Assembly: GCA_964016885.1 (NCBI GenBank)
Contig: OZ024764.1
Span: 13,950,001-14,014,000, forward strand
Source: Eledone cirrhosa
Lineage: Eukaryota
Direction: 5' to 3'
DNA length: 64,000 bases
Both the position numbers and the translations under genes were made by a program. A model generated the notes under the pieces. The model worked only from the letters and a program-made list of their open reading frames with translations. It made no database searches and was not told the DNA's origin. This document shows positions 13,976 through 26,479 of the stretch, in pieces (positions within the stretch are counted from its first letter, which is position 1; each line of letters starts with the position of its first letter).

Positions 13976-14278
13976 TCATCTGAGATCGCAGGCTACTGGC
14001 ATATTATAAATATGTGGTTCGTACTCACAATACGACTGGATGCAAGACCGACCCGGTTTCCTCACGAACATAACAATTTCTTTGTAGATGGGTTTACATC
14101 GTACGTAATCTTGGCATACAGCTTCCTCGAAGACCCGAGGGATCCGATTCTCCTCCACATGTCGCACCCAGTTCCACGAGCAGTTGGCAAGGTAGTTCGT
14201 CTCGGTTACGTCGACCGGTTCCAAACCAGACTCCAGTTTTTTAGGATTCAGATACTGTAAGATTGTCTTGGAGAATTC
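13976..14278 (-). CDS. IL-17-like cystine-knot protein, exon with domain 2 (100 codons + TGA)
   Basis: Long polypyrimidine tract and ccacag| phase-0 acceptor before 14278. Translation CSWNW...ENRIPRVFEEAVC....CKPIYKEIVMFVRK....C....CEY......PVAC is IL-17-like. Confidence 0.85.
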   Translation of the reverse strand, partial: EFSKTILQYLNPKKLESGLEPVDVTETNYLANCSWNWVRHVEENRIPRVFEEAVCQDYVRCKPIYKEIVMFVRKPGRSCIQSYCEYEPHIYNMPVACDLR

Positions 14279-14377
14279 CTGTGGAAAAAAGAAGAAGAAA
14301 AAGAAGAAAAAGAAGAAAAAGAAAATAGAATAAGATCGATAATTGATCGAAGAAACAATTTTAAATAAATATAAGTT

Positions 14378-14560
14378 TATCCCGGGTTCAATCTGGGGTA
14401 ACAACCACAGTAAGTAAGGTACTCAATACAAAGCAGAGTATAAATATTTAATATAGAAAATCTTCAACAGGACTAGAACTGTTTCATTCGGTAGAAATCA
14501 TCAAGAAGCCTGAAGATTTCTACTGAATGAAACAGTTCTAGTCCTGTAGAAGCCTTTCTA
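14378..14560. mobile_element. Family B fold-back element with two partial/variant hammerheads, in the IL-17-like intron
   Basis: Plus strand CTGAAGA-TTTCTACTGAAT-GAAACAG-TTCTAGTC-CTGTA-GAAGC, with an inverted copy. Other family B pieces at about 7250-7378, 19486-19575, 27073-27253, 54911-54995, 58660-58820 and 61295-61500. Confidence 0.7.
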
Positions 14561-14646
14561 TACTATATATATATATAGTCGCATATAGTCGCATATATGT
14601 TATAGAATGCCGTTAGCTTCTTGCTAAAACAATCTCTATACCTCTC

Positions 14647-14680
<34 letters not shown>

Positions 14681-14894
14681 CAAACTTTATTTTATCATGA
14701 GTTAAAGGTCTATAGATTTTCCCTGGATTTTACTAAATTCTGTGGATGAATTTATATCCTGATTCTCTTTTGAGATGAGTTTGAGTTATTTTTCCTAAAT
14801 CTTTCATTAACTACTTTTCCCATCTTGACGTTATAGTCGCATATATGTTATAGAATGCCGTTAGCTTCTTGCTAAAACAATCTCTATACCTCTC

Positions 14895-14936
<42 letters not shown>

Positions 14937-15025
14937 AAGCTATTTTTGCGAGCAATGAACCTTGATGTGGATTTAACCCCAAAAACTCTTTCCGAGCAAT
15001 ATAAGGAACACTTTTGATTATTTAT

Positions 15026-15065
15026 GCCCTTGAGAAGCCCAACTGGGCGAAACGTACGTAGGTGC
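15026..15065 (+). ncRNA. Minimal type I hammerhead with U3-A8 core
   Basis: GCCC-TTGAGAA-GCCC(AACT)GGGC-GAAAC-GTAC-GTA-GGTGC, with AATAAA shortly after. Palindromic stem III ACGTACGT. Stem I is imperfect. Confidence 0.7.
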
Positions 15066-15280
15066 TGTTTTAAATAAACATGTTTTAACGGTCTATTCTC
15101 CGATTTTTTACTTTCCCACGTGCTTACGCTCTGCTAACTCTCTAGCCCACTAAATATTAACACTTCGAATATTTAATACTGCCAGCACTAGTATCGAGCA
15201 CCTTTGGCATACGCTACTTGGCAAATAACTATATGTATCACCTATCCTCCCCTTTTTTTCTCTTTCCCGATACGTAAATA

Positions 15281-15316
<36 letters not shown>

Positions 15317-15993
15317 TTGTCATGTAACTCCTTATTGAACTGTGGGAGCAACGTATTGACATACTGTGTTTCTAGGGCAATTTTTAATAAGTCTGGTGGA
15401 GACATTTCCTCTCTAGCAGATTTCTTCTAGAGAATGATAGAGAGAGATTCTTTTGACCCCAGAGAATGTCCGGAAAGAAGCAATCCTTGACAAATGGTGA
15501 CTAGAACTTCCCAATCCTTTCAGAGCTAGTTTAGTTGGGGGGAGAGCAGATACAACTGGCTAGATATAGTCGGGGTTTCCTCAACAAAGTTCCGTATCTC
15601 TGGTATTATAGATTTGGATGGCGGATGTAAACTCCACAGTTCAGATGTGACACCAGACAAAAACTGCACAGGCGTGGCGTGGCGTGGCGTGGCGTGGCGT
15701 GGCGTGGCGTGAGTGAGGATACCCACTAGCCCCCAGGCAGTCAGAATGTGTTATGGGCTAGAGCAATTGGAGGGGGGGGGGGGAGGATTTGCTTCTAGAA
15801 GCTTAGGCTGAAAGTTTCGTGACCACCCTGGTACTGGAGATATGGATGAGGAGGCGCGGAAATTCCATTATTCAGGCGTGGCAGCAGAAAAATAAATGCA
15901 GAGGTGACAGTAGCGATACTTACGGAACCATGCCCACCTACTACCCCCCACCGCACCCCCCCCCTCCCCATCCTACCCCAAGCTATCAGAACG

Positions 15994-16062
<69 letters not shown>

Positions 16063-16299
16063 GTGTGTGGCTGACTGGTTAGAGAATTGGATTCACAATC
16101 TTGAGGTTGTGAGTTCGATTCCTGGACCGGGCGATGCATTATGTCCTTGAGCAAGACACTTTATTTCACGTTGCTCCTTCTACCTGGAGTTGTGACCGAT
16201 AGATAGTATTAGCAACTGGAAAGACCAACGGAAACATTGTTTCCTCGGTCCGATTTGACGAAAGTCGATCGATCCTTTATATATGTATGTGGTACTTAC

Positions 16300-16731
16300 T
16301 TTTATTTCGTCTGACTGGGGCGTGTTGGGTTCAGAGCGCCTGGCAACGCAACCCGTCTGCACGAAATCCACGGCAACATTGTACGAACAGATGTTACCAT
16401 CGCAGTCCTTTCTGCGGAGCACGTGAATCAATTTCGTGGCCTGGATGCACATGCCCGAGCTTCCATCATCGACGCACTGGACGTTGTATAGGACATTCGG
16501 ATATCGCGAGTTGTTTCTGGAAACATTCACCGTGGTGGGACATGTGCCATTCGGAAGTGGCCTTCCTTCTGTAGCGTTCACGATACTGTTGTTGAAAATG
16601 TAGGCCGGGCTGCCCTCACACGATGTCTTCGGTGAAGCTATGTACAGACTCCCGACGAGGTGACGCGACTCCACCGCTCGCAGATCACTGTTCAAGCAGC
16701 ATACGATCAGAATCACCAATAATATTATTGA
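16300..16731 (-). CDS. IL-17-like cystine-knot protein, exon with signal-peptide core and domain 1 (144 codons)
   Basis: Acceptor tttttttctccttccag| before 16731 and donor AAA|GTAAGT after 16300, both phase 0. The motif CPTT..NSRYPNVLYNVQC..C....IHVLRR..C....CSY.....VQTGC matches the IL-17 pattern CP...RxP....C...C.....VLRR...VxVGC. Several N-x-S/T sequons. Confidence 0.85.
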
Positions 16732-16841
16732 CTGGAAGGAGAAAAAAAACAAAAAAACAGGACATTAAAGATGAAGAACAGAAGTAAATATGGGATAATA
16801 TGTTTTTCATGTAACACCCGACAGAGTGGTATATGTGTGTG

Positions 16842-17221
<380 letters not shown>

Positions 17222-17312
17222 TTGTGTGTGTGTGCATAATATACTTATATTGTATATACATATATATATATGTATATATATATATATATGTATATATGTA
17301 TATATATTTATA

Positions 17313-17397
<85 letters not shown>

Positions 17398-17398
17398 G

Positions 17399-17430
<32 letters not shown>

Positions 17431-17461
17431 TATAGATACACACATATGTATACACACACAC

Positions 17462-17497
<36 letters not shown>

Positions 17498-17509
17498 GTA
17501 TATATATAT

Positions 17510-17541
<32 letters not shown>

Positions 17542-17613
17542 TGTGTGTGCGTGCGTGTATAATATACATATATATGTACATATATATATATATATATACA
17601 CACACATATGTAT

Positions 17614-17688
<75 letters not shown>

Positions 17689-18093
17689 GTTTTATTAAAC
17701 AACCCCACCCAAAGCTAAATAGAACAAACCTAAACTACGACACAAAATACAATTAACAAATTTAGTACAATTAAAATTATACCCCCCCCCCCCCGCCCGC
17801 CCACGCATAACACTGGTGTAAAGAGGACACATTTCATCAGACCTCAATATCTGTTCTGTGTCGAGTTGTGGTTATATTTTGATAGAGTTATGGCCCTTTG
17901 CGTTGAGTTCAAATCCCGCCGAGGTTAACTTTGCCTTTTATCCTCACGGGTGGTGGGGGGGGGGGGGTCGATAAAATAAAGTACCAGTAATGAACTAGGG
18001 TAATTGATGGCCTCTTTGTGCCAAAAGTAGAAACAATAATTTGAGGAATATATGTACGGCTGCAATCTTGCAATGTATTTACTGAAACTAGTC

Positions 18094-18389
18094 AAGGTTA
18101 ACGTATGTTGATGCCATATAAGGACAGACACTGGTCTGTTGGAGACGCAGGACATGGCAGCGATAATGAGGGACAGAGACCGCTGGAGAGAACTCGTCCA
18201 TGGATCTCGGGAATTTTACCCGCCTTAGATAGATAGATATATATATTATATATATACATGTTAACGTATGTTGATGCCATAAGGACAGACACTGGTCTGT
18301 TGGAGACGCAGGACATGGCAGCGATAATGAGGGACAGAGACCGCTGGAGAGAACTCGTCCATGGATCTCGGGAATTTTACCCGCCCTAG
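18094..18389 (+). mobile_element. Two tandem LINE 3' ends (EFYPP family) separated by TA tract
   Basis: Direct repeats at 18094-18228 and 18260-18389, each ending ttttacccgcc(t/c)tag followed by a TA/TAGA tail. Confidence 0.8.
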
Positions 18390-18625
18390 ATATATATAAA
18401 TAAATAAATAAATATAAATATATATATATATATATATATATTAGGTATAGGATTATCCAAGATGTAGTAATGGTTAATTACTACACTGGATATGGTTGAC
18501 GTACGGTAAGAGGTTACTCTACGAGTTATGGAAGAATTGTTCATGAAACTTTGGAAACCGTGGAAACACTTGTAAGCACACGGAATAAATTACCTTTTTA
18601 TGATGTCTACCTGTTATTATTCATT

Positions 18626-18656
<31 letters not shown>

Positions 18657-18866
18657 CTTAAGGTAAATATTGATGCAATTCAATTCAAGCACTCAACGTA
18701 CTTTTCCACATAGGAGCGAGACGGAATATATATCGAATAATAAAAGGGGGTGAATTGGGACTCACAAGGGAACGGGCGCACGATTCAGGAGCGAGCACAC
18801 GCTTTCTCCGTACCCTTGTCGATTCAAATTGGATTGCCTCGGAAACATAACCTTATTATGTAAGAA

Positions 18867-18940
18867 GCTGCCTGATGATGTCTCGGCACTGGGACACCGA
18901 AGCGTGTGGCCAGTGTCGTCATTGAAATATGTATCACAGC
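18867..18940 (+). ncRNA. Type I hammerhead with extended stem II
   Basis: GCTGC-CTGATGA-tgtct CGGCACTGG gACAC..GTGT gg CCAGTGTCG tcatt-GAAAT-ATGT-ATC-ACAGC. One mismatch at the base of stem I. Confidence 0.65.
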
Positions 18941-19022
18941 ATTATCATTAAAGGACTTTAACATCTGAAACTACTTCGCTTTTTATTAATCTATACAAAT
19001 ATATATATATATATATATATAT

Positions 19023-19155
19023 GACTAAATACATTTTAGCGTGATAGTGGGGTTTAGAACCCTCTAAAAAATGGAAGAAGTTACGTCAATACTCATTTTT
19101 TCTCCATTTCTTAGAGAGCTCTAAACTCCACTATCACGCTAAATTGTTTTTAGTC
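19023..19155. repeat. Imperfect fold-back (~55-bp arms) next to (TA)n
   Basis: gactaaa..tttagcgtgatagtggggtttaga..ctctaa pairs with ttagagagctctaaactccactatcacgctaaa..tttagtc. Confidence 0.7.
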
Positions 19156-19318
19156 AAAAATACGGCGAATGCTTCTATTTCTAATTTCAAACTCGGTCAA
19201 TGTTTCAAAACAAACTTACTTGTAAATATAAATACACGCACACACATTATATATATATATATAATCTATTGTAACATTGAATTCGTTGAATAATTAACGA
19301 ACCATATAAACTTTTGGT

Positions 19319-19349
<31 letters not shown>

Positions 19350-19390
19350 ATAATAATAAATTTGAAGACTAAAATCCAAAGAGGGCTCGT

Positions 19391-19441
19391 AGTTTCAGAA
19401 GATCCCGTTAAGGGTGAAAGCAGCGATACTTTGCTTAAACT
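19391..19441 (+). ncRNA. Hammerhead-like motif, family D (CAGAAGA core)
   Basis: AGTTT-CAGAAGA-TCCC(GTTAA)GGGT-GAAAGCA-loop-TGCT-T-AAACT. Confidence 0.6.
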
Positions 19442-19577
19442 TTAATCTGTTATTTTAATAAATATATATATATGTGTGTGCGTGAGTCCCGAGTTCAATC
19501 GGGGGTAAACACAGTAAGGTACTCAACTTCGGATGAAACAGTTCTAGTCCTGTAGAAGACATTTCTATATTAAATTT

Positions 19578-19668
<91 letters not shown>

Positions 19669-19826
19669 CGAAAGAAATGTGGTAAGGAACCAGGTGGACC
19701 ATAACGCACCAAAGTACTCAATACTTAGGGTAGTAGAGTGGGTAATAGGAACAAGTAAGACCCCGACGGCTGAGCTCAAGCCGTCGAAACGGCTTGAGCT
19801 CAGCCGTCGGGGGTCTTACTTGTTCC

Positions 19827-19865
<39 letters not shown>

Positions 19866-20021
19866 ATATATCTATATATCTATATCTATGTATATATATA
19901 TCTATATCTTTTTATATATATATATATCTGTATATATGTGTGTATATATCTATATATATGTGTGTATATATCTATATATATGTGTGTATATATCTATATA
20001 TATGTGTGTATATATCTATAT

Positions 20022-21780
20022 ATCATCATCATCATCATCATCAGCGTTTAACGTCCGTGTTCCACGCTTGCATGGGTTTGGACGGGGGTAGTCCCACTTG
20101 AGGCAAGAGTGATTGTCTTGCTCGCATAGGACTGTCTGGCAGGTTTTCTACAGTTGGATGCCCTTCCTAACACCAACCACATTTACAGTGTGGGTCTGGG
20201 AGGTTTTTACCGTGTTGCCTACACGGCCACATTACAGCGTGGACTGTGTGTTTTTTTGTCGTGACACCTACACGATCTCATTTGTTTCGGCCTCGATGGC
20301 GCGGCACCAACATAACTTTACATAGAACGGGGTGGTGTGGATCGGGTGGGGGTGGTGGGACGGGGTGTATTTGTTAGAGATGCCTACTGGCTGGAGTAGG
20401 TTTTACTATATATTTAGGTAAGGCGGGTCTTCTCTGTTACTGAGTACCGCCAAAGGTCTCGGTCCAGTGACATTGTCTTGGAGAGGTGTAAGTGTGTGAT
20501 GTCGGAGTTTATCAGCTCGTCCCAGGTTTTTCTAGGTCTGCCTATTCCGTGACTACCGTCTATCTTTATTGCCCTGCACTTTGTTATACAGCTATCGACT
20601 TTCATGCGCATCACGTGTCCATACCAACGTAGCCTTCTCTCGAGTAAACAACATCTGATCCCTCTTATCTCTAATTTATTCCTTAGTTCGTTTATGCTTT
20701 GCCGTTCACGTATATTACTGTTACACATCCAGCGGAGCATGCAAGCTTCGTTCCTCTCTAGTCTGCGTATATCCTCTGCACACAATGCCCAGGTCTCACT
20801 GCCATGCAGCATTGCTGTTCGTATGCAGGCATCGTACAACCTGCCTTTCATTTTTAGTGAGAACCCTTTAGCAGCTAATAGTGGTATAAGCTCTCTGAAC
20901 TTTTTCCAACCAGTTCTGACTCTAGCTACAGTACTTTCAGAGCACCCTCCCCCACTGCTGATTTTATCGCCCAGGTAACGGAAGCTGTCCACTATTTCTA
21001 TAGAACCCTCTGCGCAATTGAAAGAGCTAGTAGTTTGTGGGCACTTGCTGCTACTTATTGCACCAGAGCACCGGCCACATGTAAAATCTATGTTCTTAGT
21101 TAGCCTACCTGTGATCCCACTACATCTTTTATGCACCCATACTTTGCATTTAGGGCATAAAATGGAGTTTCTACCTACGCCTTTCCTACACACCGAGCAC
21201 GACCATTTCCCAGAAGGGACCGCCGCCTTGTTTTCTTTCCTACAAACTAGTACTTTGGTCTTAGCCAGGTTAATTTTAAGTCCTTTTGACTCTAGGCCGT
21301 GCTTCCATGTTTGGAATTTCTTCTCTAGCTCGGCCATTGATTCCGCTATGAGTGTCAGGTCGTCTGCGTATAGGAGTTCCCATGGGCAGCCTGTCTTGAA
21401 CTCCTCTGTTATGGCCTGAAGGGCAATAATAAATAGTAGTGGACTGAGAACAGAGCCCTGATGGACGCCGACTTTTACGCTAAACTCTTCACTATATTCG
21501 TTGTTAATTCTAACCTTGCTGACTGTTTCTTTATACATGGCTTGTATAGCCCTCACAAGCCATTCGTCAACGCCTAGTTTTCTAAGAGCCCACCAGATAA
21601 TGGAGCGGGGGACTCTGTCGAAGGCTTTCTCCAAGTCGACAAAAGCTAAGTAGAGGGGTTTACCTTTAGCTAGGTACTTCTCTTGTAGTTGTCGTACTAT
21701 GAAAAGAGCGTCTGTGGTACTTTTGCCTGACACAAACCCGAACTGCATTTCATCTAGGTCAATTCTCTCTCTGATTAGGG
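20022..21780 (-). mobile_element. 5'-truncated RTE-clade LINE: RT domain to 3' UTR and (GAT)n tail
   Basis: Uninterrupted ORF 21748-20414 with QFGF..GKSTTD, FVDLEKAFDRV, GVHQGSVLSPLLF, YADD, an internal PHD-like Cys cluster, FRYLG, and RLRWYGHV/GRPRKTW. 3' UTR ends in (CAT)n on the plus strand at ~20022-20043. Confidence 0.93.
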
Positions 21781-22245
21781 TGTGTGTGTGTGTGTGTGTG
21801 TGTGTTTAGAGGGTGTGTGGTGCTGGTCTGTGTGGGGAAGGGGGTATCTATGTGAAAATATGTGAGAATGGGAAAGCTATACGGTGACACACATACACAC
21901 ATAATATCTATATATATATATCTATATATATATCTATATATATATATATAGAGAGAGAGAGAGTAAGAGAGTAAGAGAGAGAGATTGAGAGAGAGATTAA
22001 GAGAGAGAGAGAGAGATGCACAACATGTGTGTATGTGTGTGTGTTAAAAGTGTCAGAACAACGTGGTATATGTAAATATGTATATATGTGTGTATGTGTG
22101 TATGTGTGTATGTATATATGTGTGTATGTGTGTCACCGTATAGCTTTCCCATTCTCACATATTTTCACATAGATACCCCCTTCCCCACACAGACCAGCAC
22201 CACACACCCTCTAAACACACACACACACACACACACACACCCTCT
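21781..22245. repeat. ~110-bp inverted duplication at the LINE 5' junction
   Basis: About 21800-21900 is the reverse complement of about 22120-22225 (gtcaccgtatagctttcccattctcacatattttcacatagataccccc...). Confidence 0.85.
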
Positions 22246-22332
22246 AAACACACACACACACACACATATTTATATATATTCTTTATATTTACAACATGAC
22301 CCTCCCTAAATATAACAATATATACATATATT

Positions 22333-22364
<32 letters not shown>

Positions 22365-22450
22365 CACATAAATATATATATATATACGTACATGCATATA
22401 TATATATATATATATATGTACATAAGCATATATATATATATATGACATAA

Positions 22451-22501
<51 letters not shown>

Positions 22502-22611
22502 CATACATACATATGACATAAGCATATATATATATATATATATATATACATACATACATATATGACATAAGCATATATATATATGTCATATATATATATG
22601 TCATATGTATG

Positions 22612-22647
<36 letters not shown>

Positions 22648-22661
22648 CATACATATGACAA

Positions 22662-22700
<39 letters not shown>

Positions 22701-22712
22701 TACATATGACAA

Positions 22713-22766
<54 letters not shown>

Positions 22767-22798
22767 GTACATACATATATACGTACACGTACACACGT

Positions 22799-22850
<52 letters not shown>

Positions 22851-22944
22851 AGAGAAATTCTAGCGTGTCTATTATATATGCAAGAAAGTTCTTTGTCGTG
22901 ATGGAAGACCGAGCGGTGAGGGTGGGCGTATATATATATATATA

Positions 22945-23800
<856 letters not shown>

Positions 23801-24266
23801 CTATCATATACTCGTCACAGCAGACGCAGGCATCGGATATCCTTGACAGGGAAAGCATAATTTCGTTCATAAAATTCTTGGTGGGAAGCGACACAGAGAG
23901 AAAGAGATGTGGGACAGAGGAGGAATGTAACGAGAAGACGGCATCCCGGGGGGGTGGGGACGTGGTTGGAGGTAAGGAGGAAAAAAGCTATGTTGTCAAA
24001 GCTATATCTTCTGCCTTATGACGAGAAAAAAAAAGCAAAAAAAAAAAAAAAGCATTTCTTTATACGGAATAATTGTTTCTTCTTTTCGCACAAGGCCAGC
24101 AATAATTATCTCAGTGTATTACTGGTACTTTATTTTATCGACCTCCCTAAGGATAAAAGTCAAAGTTAACCTCGGCGGGATTTGAACTCAGACCATAAAG
24201 GACCGTAACTCTTTGCTGCAAAGCATGGCGTCAGACCCTCTACCGCCGAAACTGCCAAAATAATAT

Positions 24267-24317
24267 AGTTTCAGAAGATCCCGTTAAGGGTGAAAGCAGC
24301 GATTCTTTGCTTAAACT
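24267..24317 (+). ncRNA. Hammerhead-like motif, family D (CAGAAGA core)
   Basis: Same fold as 19391. Other copies at about 1455-1506(-), 38487-38533(-) and 56864-56912(+). Confidence 0.6.
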
Positions 24318-24664
24318 TTAATCTGTTATTTAATAAATATTTGCTCTACGGTTCTTATATATTTGATATATATTTATACTTATCGAGCCCTCTTTGGATT
24401 TTAGTCTTCACATTTATTATTATTATTATTTATATAACTCCAAGAATAACTCCAACAATAACAACACTTAGAATGAGGAATGTTCTAATAACTGACCAAT
24501 GAGAGGAGAAGGGGACCTGTGACACGAAAATTCGTTTGTTTGAATTCATATGACTCCAGTTCCCCAGTGAATTAACAACCCAACAAGGAACTGGGCATAT
24601 CAGAGTATTGACAATATCATATACCTCAACAACATATGTACTTGTCTATACCACACTAATTCAA

Positions 24665-24719
24665 ACTGCCTGAAGAGGTCACAGCCAAAGATGGCTGTCA
24701 CTGAAATATATATAGCAGT
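24665..24719 (+). ncRNA. Type I hammerhead ribozyme, family E
   Basis: Canonical CTGAAGA/GAAA core, 5-bp stem I ACTGC/GCAGT and long stem II. Predicted cleavage after AUA at 24714, with AATAAA directly after. Confidence 0.8.
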
Positions 24720-24763
24720 AATAAACGAAGCTAAATTTTAATCATTTGACTTTTATTTAACTT

Positions 24764-24795
<32 letters not shown>

Positions 24796-25390
24796 GGATC
24801 TCACTGACGTCACTTGTGGCAAACAGCCTCAACAGGATGATTCTTAACAGATGCAGCCCGAGATGGAGAAGAAGCTCAGGTACAACCAGAACGGCTTCAG
24901 AGACGGAAGATCAACCACCAGTCACATCCTGATGCTGAGGAGGATATTAGAGGGAGCTAGAGCAAAGTGCCTTCCTGCGGTCATGGTTTTCATTGACTTC
25001 AGGAAGGCCTTTGATCCTGTGGACCGTCACTGCATGATGAAGATCTTACAGGCTTATGGAATCCCCAAGAGGATAGTGGACCTGATATCACTGCTTTACA
25101 CCAACTCCAAAGCCCAAGTCATTACACCTGATGGGATGACAGAGTTCTTTGAGATACTGGCTGGAGTGCTCCAGGGAGATACATTGGCTCCCTACCTTTT
25201 TATCATCGCAGTGGACTATTTTACGCGCCTTGCACAAGAGAAACACCAGGACTCTGGCTTTACTGTAGCACTGGCTCAGGGCAGGAGAGTTAAGGCTAAA
25301 AAGATATCAGATGCTGAATTTGCTGACGACATAGTTCTGGTGACAAACACAGTGAAGGAGGCAGAGGAGTTATTGCAGGAGGTGGAATAA
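24796..25390 (+). pseudogene. Internal RT fragment of an RTE/RTEX-like LINE
   Basis: NQNGFRDGRST, FIDFRKAFD, GVLQGDTLAPYLF and FADD motifs. Frameshifted at the start, truncated, and followed by a SINE. Confidence 0.88.
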
Positions 25391-25805
25391 GATGGTAGAG
25401 GTAGTGTGTGACAGCTCACACCTATGCAGGTTTAGCTGGCCTCCTCCAAGGTATATCTCGTTGGAGGTGTCTTGGGTGATTTAATGATAGGGACCCCAGT
25501 GCTATCATCTCATTTCTACAGCTGAGTAAATTGGAGCAATGTGAAATAAAGTGTCTTGCTCAAGGAGACAACACATCACCCGGTCCGAGAATTGAACTCA
25601 CAACCTTTCGATTGCCAGCCCAATGCTCTAACCACTAAGCCATGCGCCTTCGCGATGTAGTGGCTGATTAGAGAAGCCGAACAACGCGAGGACAAGGAAA
25701 ATCGTGTCACTTTTATTCCCTTAGGGACATCTGACGCTGTATACCAGGTCCCGAACACAGAAGAGCCGAACTCTGCCCCCCCCCCATCTCTCATCATGTA
25801 CACCA

Positions 25806-25830
<25 letters not shown>

Positions 25831-25837
<7 letters not shown>

Positions 25838-26192
25838 GTGAGGTTTTTTTTTACAAAATGAAAAATAACCGAGGTGTCCTACACGAGTGAAAGTATAAAG
25901 AAAAAAAGATGAAATCGAAAATGCAACTGAAGTCTTATTTTTTTTAAAAATATATATATTTATTTGGTTCCTTTACCGGTTTCGCAGTTCTTCTGCTTTT
26001 CAAAAGTAGAGTTGAGATGGAGGGTCTGTGGTTTTTCTGTGGTTTTTCTCACAGAAAAACCACAGACCCTCCATCTCAACTCACCTTTTGAAAAGCAGAA
26101 GAACTGCGAAACCGGTAAAGGAACCAAATAAATATATATATTTAAAAAAAAAATAAGACTTCAGTTGCATTTTCGATTTCATCTTTTTTCTC
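25831..26192. mobile_element. Family C fold-back element with two inverted complete U3-A8 hammerheads
   Basis: Hammerheads at 25971-26006(-) and 26084-26121(+): CCTT-TTGAAAA-GCAG(AAGAA)CTGC-GAAAC-CG-GTA-AAGG, then AATAAA. Other copies at about 3345-3515, 52918-52960, 53207-53540 and 57759-58058. Confidence 0.8.
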
Positions 26193-26196
26193 TCTC

Positions 26197-26251
<55 letters not shown>

Positions 26252-26319
26252 GATATATACATATGTGGATATATATATATATATACATATGGGTATATAT
26301 ATATATATATATTCATATG

Positions 26320-26391
<72 letters not shown>

Positions 26392-26439
26392 TATGGGTAT
26401 ATATATATATATATTCATATGGGTATATATATTCATATG

Positions 26440-26479
<40 letters not shown>

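Noticed and set aside
13800-13978. Selenocysteine decoding of the TGA
   Set aside because: No recognisable SECIS (AUGA/GA quartet with apical AA) was found by eye, and the TGA does not align to the missing knot cysteine. Not formally excluded without a SECIS search.
16180-16299. C-terminus VSTTYIYKGSIDF... of the ORF-track IL-17-like protein
   Set aside because: It lies after a consensus GTAAGT donor and runs into an antisense SINE, so it is intronic.
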